64,000 nt of DNA, taken from the NCBI GenBank assembly GCA_951406725.2, contig OX597819.1, positions 128,836,001 through 128,900,000 of the forward strand, in the 5' to 3' direction. The DNA is from Octopus vulgaris. Taxonomy: Eukaryota. The position numbers and the translations under genes were made by a program. Of the stretch, positions 26,866-38,416 are shown one piece after another. Position 1 is the first letter of the stretch. Every line of letters begins with the position of its first letter. The notes below the pieces were generated by a model that was given only the letters and a program-made list of their open reading frames with translations, did not search any database and was not told the origin of the DNA.

Positions 26866-27667
26866 CCTGAAGGCGGATGAGCTCCGCCAGGCTTTCTCGT
26901 CCTAGATACGCTGTATGGCCGTAGTGCCCCAACAAAACCAAGGGTTTAAGGGACTTGTCAATTGTCAATGGGTATATTCTTCAGGGGACAAATAGACAAT
27001 ATTATTAGACATAATTTATATGTCTAATAAATACACATATAAATGAAAACAGCCTCGTGCATTCAGAGAGTTTTCGACGATGATTCTGTGATATATTCAA
27101 GCATATTCCTAAAATATGCTTAAATATATCACAGCATCATCCCTAAAGCGGCAAGGTGGCAAGGTGGCATGACAGAATCATTAACACGCCGCGCAAAATG
27201 CTTAGCTGCCATTTTGTCAATGTTTACGTTCTGAGTTCAAATTCCGCCAAGATTGTCTTAGACTTTCATCCTTTCGGTGTCGATTAAATAAGTACCAGTT
27301 GTATACTGGGGTTGATGTAATCGACTATCCCGCTTCCCCAAAGTTTCAGGCCTTCTTTCTATACTACAAAGGATTAATTAACAAAGAGCCCGACTTGACT
27401 AACCACATCAGTGCTCACCCTAGACTTTGGCAAATCAATTTGCGTCTGGATTCCACACTTTGTCTTTTGGGATTAAGCGGAACATAAACAAGGACGAGCA
27501 GCTGGGGAATAATGAATATTGCGCTAACTTCCTCGAAGACTTCGAAAGTAATGCGAGATACCGTTTAGTGGAAGACAATTTTTTTTTTGGTTTCTATTTT
27601 TAAGATTACCATCCATCCGCCAGCTGTGAGTTAGCTGACCAAAACAGATTGCAAAGCAGTGGAAATG

Positions 27668-27724
<57 letters not shown>

Positions 27725-28079
27725 TCAGAAGAGACGGAGAGAGGGGGAGGGAAAGGGAGAGAGATGATGATGATGATGATGATGATGATAGTAACGGTGT
27801 GTTGTTCTTAGCCTCAGGCCTGCTCTAATGACGACGATGATAGCGATGATGATGATGACGACGATGACGATAATGAAGATGCTAGTGGTGGTGACGTCGT
27901 CGTCGCCGTCGTCGTGAGTGGTGCTGTAAGTGGCAGTTGTGGAGTTAGTCATGGAGAATGGCAATGGCGTTTAATGATGATCACGATGGTGGCGGTGGTG
28001 GTGGTGATGAGGAAATGATGGTGATGATGATGGAGGTGATGACGGTAGTTGTGGTGATGTGATATGAATCACATCTGGC

Positions 28080-28130
<51 letters not shown>

Positions 28131-29396
28131 AGAAGAAAAAGAAAAGAATAACTTTGTATAGATACATGCACTTATTAACGCTTACATACATATATATATA
28201 TATATATATACACATACATACATACATATATAATACATACATATATACATACACACACACATACATACAAACATATATACATACACACACACATACATAC
28301 AAACACATACATACATAAATACATACATACACACACACACACATACATACATACATACATACATACATACATACATACATACATACATACATACATACAT
28401 ACATACTTACATACATACATACACACACATACATACATACATACATACACACATACATACATACATACATACATACATACATACATACATACTTACATAC
28501 ATACATACACACACATACATACATACACACATACATACATACATACATACATACATACATACATACATACATACATACATACATACATACATACATACAT
28601 ACATACATAACATACATACATACACACACATACATACATACACACATACATACATACATACATACATACATACATACATACATACATACATACATACATA
28701 CACACATACTACTGCTGATGGGATTAATGTGATAGAGTAGAGGACTACGGTGATGTGGTGGTGGTGGTGGTGGTGGTGATGATGAGGAAGAGGAGGAGGA
28801 GGATATATATACAACTTTTTAGATGGGACCAGTATTTTAGACAGAAATGTTAGAATCGATGGAGCTGAAGCTATGAAGAAAAAATTATGTGGGGGAAGAA
28901 GAAGAAGAAGCAGTTGTAGATCTTGCTAGATTCTGTTATGATGACTTGAAGAATTGGCTAAAAACAGAACGGAAAATAAACAAATGTGTGACACATACAT
29001 TTTAATACTTACTCAAATGCAGAGAAATAAAATGTAAATAAATTTTATGTAGGAAAACATTTGGTTTTGCTACTCGTAAATTTCGAGTCATAAACCAGAT
29101 TTGACGGCGTCGAATGGGTGGCAATTTGGCTATCGTTACTATATTTCTTGAGGGAAATGCCAGAGGCTCTAAGGCGAGACGTAGCTATATGTTCACTTGA
29201 GATGTTCCCTTCGGAATTTTGTTCATGGTTTAATAGGTTCGCATCTAGTTATGTCGTTAAGAATTTAAGCCAATGATGCGCAGTTTTGTACATTGCCAAA
29301 GGTTTGGTGATCCATGGTGAGATCCATAAAACCAAGGAAGTCTCAAATTTTTTCTTTAATTAGTTTCAAATTTAAATCGATTAAAACGTATTGATT

Positions 29397-29856
29397 ATCG
29401 CTTATAATCTGCACTTTTTTCTTACTGCTTTTACAATACAGGGACACGATAGATTTAGCATAACCTAATTGAACTTTTGGTCTAAAATTGGGATATGAAA
29501 AATATAACCTTCGTCCTCTAAGGGAAAAATAATTTCGTTACTTCGACACCTAAAACGAGGTAAGAATATGTAACAATATTTAATGTATAATACATTAATT
29601 ATACATTAATTAATGTATAATTAATCCTTGCAAATATTTTTTATCCTGTTGAATGGCATAATGTGATTAAAAGTGGTCCTTGATGTTTTCCTCGTGGATT
29701 TTGTGGAGGTTGTGCATCACACATTTAGGCAACTGACAATAAGGTTAAAGTCTCCTACTCTATCGTTGATACGGTTCTGCGTCAAGAGCCAAGATACACA
29801 CACACATACACACGCACACACACACACACACATACACACACTCTCACACACACTCT

Positions 29857-29911
<55 letters not shown>

Positions 29912-30620
29912 GTAAGTAGTGAGGGCGATTGATAGAATTAGAAAGTGCTTTACAGTATTTAGTTAGGCCTCTTTATAAGTTCGAACTCAGCCGAGGCCAA
30001 CTTTGCCATTCATCCATTTGGTTTCTATAAACAAAATATTAGTGAAATACTGGTGTAGTCTACAGTAGATTTTTTTATTTTCCCTACAGAAAAAGTGGGT
30101 TCTTGTCTCAAAATGTAGGATAGTGGTACCGGGAATTGGTATGGCTCAGCACTGAGTTTCGTTAACTACCGGTGTTGTTCTCAAGCTCTAGAAATGCGCG
30201 GACCATATAATTTGTCATTCTGTAGCCTTTCTTTAGCCAGTTCTATCATTGTCGGACCAGCGTGGACTTGATATTTTTTGTCGTCGAGAACACTCCGACC
30301 TTGATCTTGCATATCGGTTTTGGCCTGAAATGTTTGGAAACAGAATAATCAACATAAATACAAAACTTCAGCACTTTCACATATTCTACCAAAGACATTT
30401 CTAGTCAAAGTATAATTAAATATAGGTCCTGCCGATCGCTTATAATCTGCACTTTTTTCTTACTGCTTTTACAATACAGGGACACGATAGATTTAGCATA
30501 ACCTAATTGTACTTTTGGTCTAAAATTGGAATAAGAAAAATATAACCTTCGTCCTCTAAGGGAAAAATAATTTCGTTACTTCGATACCTAAAACGAGGTA
30601 AGAATCTGCAACAATATTTA
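29397..30620 (+). repeat. Direct duplication of ~185 bp (29397-29582 and 30435-30620)
   Basis: Near-identical copies starting ATCGCTTATAATCTGCACTTTTTTCTTACTG and ending ...GAGGTAAGAAT..CAATATTTAA. Confidence 0.92.
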
Positions 30621-31144
30621 AAATGATAGTGATGTGAGATCTGGTCGGATTTGAATGGTGGAAGAAAGATTAGATCTGCAGTCTCTTTGTTTTGTTTTTT
30701 ATTTTTGTCCCAGCGAACGGCTTTTAACTGCATTAACAATATAATATCGTTTGTCGTGTATTCCTTCGAAGAGGAATGTACAAGAATGTATCTAAGACGA
30801 AAAACATTCAGTTTTTCTTTGGCTGGCAAATTTCAACACGGCATTGTTTGTGTATATCTGTCAAACTTTTGGCTTCCTTTTTCATTTTTATTTCTCTTCG
30901 TTTTCAACCAGTACCTACACACATACGTGTGTGCGTGCATAAACACATTTACATACACGCATATTTTTTTTATTCTTGTACTTGTTTCAGTCTTTGAACA
31001 GCAGCCATGCTGGGGTCTCGCTCCGAAGAGTTTAATCAATAAAATCGACTCCAATTCTTAGATGTTTAAAGTCTGGTATATATTCCATCGGATTCTTTCT
31101 GATGAGCTGCTACGCTAAGCTACAGAAATGCATGCAAACACACA

Positions 31145-31223
<79 letters not shown>

Positions 31224-32183
31224 ATACTAGGTGCCAAGATTTATGAGAATATCATCTGCGATAGACTAGCATCCTGTCCAGAGGAAATGTTGTCTCTCAT
31301 CCGCTTAACATTGCAAAAACCGGAACTGTGTTTTAGTTTCAGAGGTCCCGTGATGGTAAAAGATTTTTTTCTAGGTAACTATAAAGACAATGTTATGATT
31401 AAAAAAAAGATATTCTCGGCCAATCTTGAAGTCATTAAACCACTTTATTTACACGATAGACACTTTATGAATTTCTTTTTTCTTACTTTTCTTTTAATCA
31501 TATGTTAATTTGTGTCTACCAAACATCAGCTATCCACGGCAATCTCTTTGTTGTTATATGACTCTATAGCATCAGGCAAATATTTACATACTGGACCTAA
31601 TTTAAACGCTTCCAACAAAACCAATACCAGATGTGACATTCAGTACATCATTAGAAGCGTGCACAGGAAAACCTGTCTAATTTATCATTCGCTTCGTATT
31701 GTTTATTTTCTTTTCCTTGTTTTCTTTCTTTCTGTCACTAATTAATGCCAAAACGGGCTCCTATTTACCACCCTCACATGTTTTATTTTAAGGAGATATC
31801 TTGGTATTTCAGTAAAAGACAACTGTATAAAATGGTAATTTCTTTATATTTTGACATCCAGAACTCCAAATTGGACAAGGGTTCCATTGGCACACCGTAA
31901 GCTTAGCTTAAAGATAAATAGGATCTAGTAATCAGATGAGATCTTCAGAGGTGTCGCGTATAATCCTCATATATTTTAAAACTCATCAAACAAACTTGAA
32001 ATAAAAACATGAAGCATGATTACAAAAGATGCCGTTAGAATATTCTGCCCTAGATTAAAGCAAAATCTTCATTGTTGTCATTTCCAAAAGGTATGTACGC
32101 GTTGGCGTTTTGTTTAAGAAACATCAAAGACATTTAAACTTGAAAGAACGAAGAAACTTAACGCACTTATACAGACTTACATA

Positions 32184-32443
32184 GGCGCAGGAGCGGCTGT
32201 GTGGTAAGTAGCTTGTTTACCAACCACATAGTTCCGGGTTCAGTCCCACTGCGTGGCACCTTGGGCAAGTATCTTCTACTATAGCCTCGGGCCGATTAAA
32301 GCCTTGTGAGTGGATTTGGTAGACAGAAACTGAAAGAAGCCCGTCATATATATATAATATATTTTATAATATTTTACTATAAAATTGGATTTAATCCTAA
32401 ATCTGATTTTTTCCCTGTAAATTTGGATTTATTCCCTAATATT

Positions 32444-32496
<53 letters not shown>

Positions 32497-32715
32497 TGTG
32501 TGTGTCTGTGTTTGTCCCCATAGCATTGCTTGACAACGGATGCTGGTGTGTTTATGTCCCCCGTTACTTAGCGGTTCGGCAAAAGAGACCGATGGAATAA
32601 GTACTGGGCTTACAAAAGAATAAGTCCCGGGGTCGAGTTGCTCGATTAAAGGCGCTGCTCCAGCATGGCCGCAGTCAAAATGACTGAAACAAGTAAAAAG
32701 AGTAAAAAGAGTAAG
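32184..32715 (+). mobile_element. SINE family B (tRNA head, CORE-like domain, internal (TA)n(TG)n, AAAGAGT tail)
   Basis: GGCGCAGGAGCGGCTGTGTGGTAAG...ACCTTGGGCAAGT...CCAGCATGGCCGCAGTC...GAAACAAGTAAAAAGAGT. Other copies: 34965-35380(+), 44853-45205(-), 49895-50296(-), 52982-53405(+), plus many fragments. Confidence 0.9.
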
Positions 32716-34366
32716 ACTCATGAAAATGTATCTGAAATCACTTCGTAAGGAATAAGGCATGACAGCGGAAGTATTAGCACATAAGGCGTATCGTCTTCCT
32801 GAATGTTGCCAGGATATCAAGCTCGGTCTGAATCGTATAATAAAAATCCAAGATCACAAACTTAATTCACTCAAACTACAGATGGACCCTCAAAGCAGTC
32901 GTTCTACCTACTAAAAACAGCACCCTAATCTCATTCAATCTTTAAAAATGGAAGGACGTTTAAACATATTGTTCAAGATATAAAAAAAATGAATGGGCTA
33001 GTTGCAGCTAAAGTATGTTTGGTCAAGGTTGACCTTAGTTATTAAGATAAATCCATCAGAGTTGCGAAAAACGCAAAATTAAAATAAATATTATATAATA
33101 GTAATAAATTAATAATAATCTGCGTGTAGCTACCGGGATGGGCAAAGGGGCCCCTTATCAAAACCCCTCAGCTTTGCTTTGAGGATGGTGTTAATAGAGA
33201 CAGAAAATAAACATATCCGATAACGTCATTTGAGTAAGCCTTAAAAGGACGTCTGTCACGGAAGGAATGCCTTTGATCATAAATCAGCTCCTTCAGGGTT
33301 GACCAGGGATTAATAAAAATCAACACAATGTATGCATGTATGTACATATGCATGTATGTATGTGCGTGTGTATGTATGTAATTTATATATGCATTTATGC
33401 ATGTAAGTACAATTTTTCTCTTTCCTTTTGTGTGTAGGCGAAATTGGGTTGAATGGCTAAGAATTTCGTTTCGCAGTCACGAGGTCCCAAGTTTGATCTG
33501 ACTGCTTGATATCTTCGGTAAATGCCATCTACCATAGCCTGGGGTCGCACCTTGGGAGTGAAATTAGGTTGATGGAAATTGTATAGTAGCCCGTCTTATA
33601 TAGGTTGGACCTGTAATTCAAACGGTACAGCCTTGTCACAGGTAGTATTGGGCTGAATCTACGTGAAAATTATGTTGGGAGTACACATGTTTGTTGAAAG
33701 CTCAGCCATTTACACGTTGATTCAGGAGCAGATAATCCAGCTGATCGAACGGCTGAGTCCTCGTACCCGAACGGTGGAGATCCACCAGTATATATATATA
33801 TATACTAGCAGCTAAGCTCGGTTTCACCCGGTCTGTTTGGATGATGTGGCTGTGATCGTTTTCGGTTAGGCATATGTGAATGAAAATTAAGTTCAGACCA
33901 GTACATGGTAGCTAAACCTGGTAGAAATAGCAGCCAAATCTCCCTCAAAACACCCTAATGTCTTAATCCGACAATTCTGCCTATTATATAGTTTGAATGA
34001 GAAACTGTAACTAAAAATTAAGATTTAATATTTAACCCTAATCCCACAAAGATGTGAAAGAAGAAAGCGAAAGTTTTGGCAGACTGTCATCCTGTACTCC
34101 CCTTGCTGCTAGCGAAATGGTATATGTCGGCTGTGTGGGCAACTGGTTGTTTTAATGGCAGAACAAACGGGAATTTCATTAGAAAAAGTTTTAATCGATT
34201 TTCTCGATAAATATGGGGGCTAAGAAACAAAATAGAAACCACATTCCAATCTATGCACCCGTCACCACATGTGTGTCATTTTTCACGCGAATCCACCCAG
34301 CCATTTGGCTGTGAACCTCAAGACAAGAAAGAATACAACGATCGCCAATGTCCAATTTATATTATA

Positions 34367-34405
<39 letters not shown>

Positions 34406-34436
34406 GTATATGTGTATGAATATGTATGCATAAGCA

Positions 34437-34468
<32 letters not shown>

Positions 34469-35390
34469 ATTCACTCGCACACACACGCATTCTTTTTTCT
34501 TTCCTTCTTTGTTTTGATTATTTTCGTTTCTCCGTTCTTCCTCACATCTCTTCTTTTTCTCACGTTTTTCCTTGCTTCCTTCTTCCTAATGTTTATTTCT
34601 CTTATTTATTTCTTACTCCTTCCCCCTCTCCCTCTCTCTCCCTCTGTATGAGTTTTTCTCTCTCCTCCATCACACATACAGACACACTCAGATAGACAAT
34701 CTCACTTGAATTTTTAAGAAAAGAGATCTAAAGATAAACAGTTTCTCTCTCCGCAAATGCAAATAGCCAGAAACAGTGTATTTAGCTTAAAGCTAAAATG
34801 AGTTAAACAGAATTGTAAGGATGCATCTTCACAAAACTCTCACATTCAGTTTCACTACTGAGTCTGGCTAAAATCTGAAAACCAAAATGTGAACAGATTA
34901 TATTTACATTATAGTTTGTTTTTCTGTTGGCCCATGGCCCTTATTTAGAAGATATAGACTCAAGCGTGGCTTTTTGGTAAGAGATTTGCTTTCCAGCCAC
35001 ATGGTTCTGGGTTCAGCCTCACTGCGTGGCACGTTGGACAAGTGTCTTCTACAATAGACTCGGGCCGACCAAAGCCGTGTGAGTGAATTTGGTAAGCGGA
35101 AACTGAAAGAAAACCGTCGTATATATGTGTGTATATTTGTGTGTGTGTGTGTGTCTCTGTGTGTGTGTATGTGAGTGTACGTGTGCGTCCCACCAGCGGT
35201 TGACAGCCGGTGTTGGTGTATTTACGTCCCTGTAACTTAGTGGTTCGGCAGAAGAGACCAATGGAATAAACACCAGGCTTAAACAGAAAATAAGCACTGG
35301 GGTCGATTAGTACGATTAAAATTCTTCAAGGCAGTGCCCCAGCATGGCCGCAATCTAATGACTCAAACAAGTAAAAGATAAACGTACATC

Positions 35391-35526
35391 ATTTGCATTT
35401 GACGGATATTTGTCCTGATCTTGTTTGTTGATAACACAACGTTTCGGTCGATATACTCTCCAGCCTTCATCAGGTGTCCTGGAGAAATTTCGAACCTGGG
35501 TTCTCATCCCTAAGGTATTTCTCCGA

Positions 35527-35584
<58 letters not shown>

Positions 35585-35678
35585 TAGGTCACTGCCTAGA
35601 ATCGAACTTGGAATCTTGGGGTTAGTAGCCCGGGCTACTAATCCCAAGATTCCGAGTTCGATTCTAGGCAGTGACCTA

Positions 35679-35721
<43 letters not shown>

Positions 35722-35840
35722 TCGGAGAAATACCTTAGGAATGAGAACCCAGGATACCTGATGAAGGCTGGAGAGTATATCGACCGAAACACTGTGTTAA
35801 CAACAAACAAAATGAGGACAAATATCCGTCAAATGTAAAT
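35391..35840. mobile_element. 450-bp loop-less palindrome made of two head-to-head copies of a tRNA-fragment + (AAT)n + hammerhead element
   Basis: Centre GCCC|GGGC at 35631/35632. The arms match to 35391 and 35840 except for the (AAT)n length, a 17-bp deletion in the right arm and scattered substitutions. Confidence 0.92.
35433..35478 (-). ncRNA. Minimal type I hammerhead motif (left palindrome arm)
   Basis: GACAC-CTGATGA-A-GGCTG gagagtatat CGACC-GAAA-CG-TT-GTGTT, with palindromic ACGT stem III, GUU triplet and one mismatch in stem II. The mirror copy at 35753-35798(+) has a mutated stem III/cleavage site. Confidence 0.7.
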
Positions 35841-36157
35841 ATAGAACTGAAAAGATAAACGATAAAAGATAACCTGGGGACCTTATCTGAATCCGTTTAA
35901 CAAAGCAGACCTCACTAAAAGCATTTAAGATGTCAGGAGTAGTGTTAACCTGGGCAACGAACTAAGTAAACCACCTATAGGTAAATTCCTTTCCAACCGG
36001 AAAGCCAGTGTTGTGCCTGTACGTGACAACAGAGAAATCACTTTGTGATCATTTGACAAGCTAGAAGTACCAGTCTACTCTACCTCAAATTTCTTCATAC
36101 CGCACTGAAAAAAGTGAACCACTTGATATCTTCCCAGACACTGTCTAAATATATTAG

Positions 36158-36571
36158 GGATCTTTTCGGTTTGAACGGCACTTTTTTCTAGCGGTGTCAT
36201 ATGAAATTGTCACCAATAATTATAACCCTAGTATCGATCTATTGCATTTCAATCTGTTTTAGGGTTATGGGTGGGGGGAAGGGTATCTTTTTTTCTTCAG
36301 AAATGTAAATAAACCCAATCTGTTTCTTAAACGAGGGACATATTCAAACGGCACAGAATCTTTTCACCTCAATAGACGTCATTGATTGGTTGAAATTGCA
36401 GAAATTGAAGAAAAAAACAACAACAAATATCTTACAAACTATAGAATTTTCTCAATAAAGCCAAAAGAAAAAGATGTTTTATAAACACATTCTACCAGTA
36501 TACGAAGTTTTAAAGTGTTTAGTTACGTGGAAATCTTTTGTAAAAAACTGCCGTTCAAACCGAAAAGATCC
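36158..36571. mobile_element. MITE with GG-initiated TIRs and 8-bp TSD (Merlin-like)
   Basis: TIR GGATCTTTTCGGTTTGAACGGCA / TGCCGTTCAAACCGAAAAGATCC. TSD TATATTAG on both sides. Confidence 0.9.
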
Positions 36572-37200
36572 TATATTAGCGTAAAACAGCCTTTCTTGCA
36601 CAGTTTCTTTGCCATCTTTTCAATTCAAAATGCCCAGACTTTTCGTCGGATTATTTTCCATTACTGATTTTTCTAGAAAAATAAAAAGCATTATCTCTTT
36701 TCGTTAAAGTAAAATTCAGTTATTTTAAACGAGAGGCTTATTTGTATTGGATTTAATTTCTTTTAAAAATAAACTAAATTTATGCATTCAGCATCAAAAA
36801 ATTCGGCGACGAAGCATCAATTTCTGTTTTCAAATTTCCTTAGCACTACAGTTAAGAGTCTAGTCTTTTCAAATGAAAGAACTTTACTCTAGCATTCTAG
36901 TTTTTGCACGAAAGCTTTCTATATCTGTGTCCTATTTAGAACCTGTCCGTAAAAATCCTAGCACCAATTACGGTCGCACTATTGTATATTGTCTCCACTT
37001 GTTTAATATTTCATTATTAGGTGCCTTGCACGAGAGCAACCTATATCTATCTCTCGCTATAACAGATAATAGGAGATATCCAGCTGAGCTCCTGTTTTCA
37101 ACACGAATACAAATCTCCAGTATAGCTCTTTGTGACTATCTCAATATACAAGCAAAAAGGGGAAAACAACAATAAAAAACAAAATGCTATTTGTACTAAT

Positions 37201-37234
<34 letters not shown>

Positions 37235-37271
37235 GCACACGCGTGTATATATAGTTTTGTTTATTGATTAA

Positions 37272-37644
37272 CTAGCAGTATCGCCCGGCGTTGCTCGGGT
37301 TTGTAAGGGAAATAACTATAAAGCATTTTTAGAGAGTTATAACCAAAAAATGGAAAAAAAATTATGGTAAATTTTTTTTTTTAGTTAAAAAGGTCGAGTT
37401 GCGTCCCCTAGACAGTCTATGGTTTGTGTTTCTGATTCTCGACCCCATGTCGAATTTATCGATTTTTTTCAGAACTGGGGGAACTTTTCAAAATTTTCGC
37501 TGCGTTAGTTTTGAATTATGACATTGGGCTATGTGTGTGTCAAGTTTCATCAGAATCGGTTGAAAGCTGTGGTCAGGGTGAGGGTACGAGAAAACAGACA
37601 CACAGAAACACACACAGACAAACTGCCGTTTATATATAGAGAGA
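37272..37644 (-). mobile_element. Non-autonomous Helitron
   Basis: Minus strand: 5' TCTCTCTATATATAAA, 3' CCCGAGCAACGCCGGGCGATACTGCTAG, inserted between A and T. Confidence 0.85.
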
Positions 37645-38185
37645 TGATCAGGCTGGTATTTTTAGAAGAAATTTTTCCTCTTTCTTTTAAAAATATTTGC
37701 TTGTCTTGTTCTGTTCTGCTTATATTCTTTTTTTTTTTTTAATAAACATGAGAGGATGACAACAGGTTCAATAACACGATGAATACAACTTGAAAGTGAA
37801 GTCAAGGAAGAAAAAATATTGAGCAAAAAAAGAAAGAAAGAATTTTAAAAAAACGATACCCTATAATATTAAAAATAGCTGCAACATATCTTGAATACTA
37901 TGAGAAGAATAATCAAATTTTTCTCTACTTGTATAACAAGAATCTGTTATTGGTTTAAGTTACTCCTTACATTCGTGTGTGTGTGTGTGTGTGTGAGTGA
38001 ATGTATTTGTTTAAATCATGGCTGAATGCTTGAGGAGTTCACTTCGCAATTATGAGATACCGTGTTCGATCTTCTTATGCGACATTTTGGGCAATGTATT
38101 GCACTATAACCTCAAGTCTACCCAAGACCTTCTTGAGTGAAATTCAGTTGAACGAAAGTGTGTAAAAGTATGACAGGTTAATACC

Positions 38186-38416
38186 TATTTCTTTACTACA
38201 CACAAGGGGCTAAACACAGAGAGGACAAACAAGGATACACAGACGGATTAAGTCGATTATATCAACCCCAGTGCGTAACTGGTACTTAATTTATCAACCC
38301 CGAAAGGATGAAAGGTAAAGTCGACCTCGGCGGAATTTGAACTCAGAACGTAACGGCAGACGAAATACCGCTAAGCATTTCGCCCGGCGCGCTAACGTTT
38401 CTGCCAGCTCGCCGCC
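38186..38416 (-). mobile_element. SINE family A monomer
   Basis: 18-bp TSD TATGACAGGTTAATACCT. Opposite-strand partner at 38865-39085(+). Further copies at 41541-41849(-) (tail partly duplicated) and 54173-54392(+). Confidence 0.9.

Noticed and set aside
31095-31130. CTGATGAG...GAAA possible hammerhead
   Set aside because: It lies in a decayed SINE B segment and has no stem III or stem I.
35510-35738. Near-identical poly-L/poly-N ORFs on both strands
   Set aside because: An artefact of the palindrome and its (AAT)n tracts.
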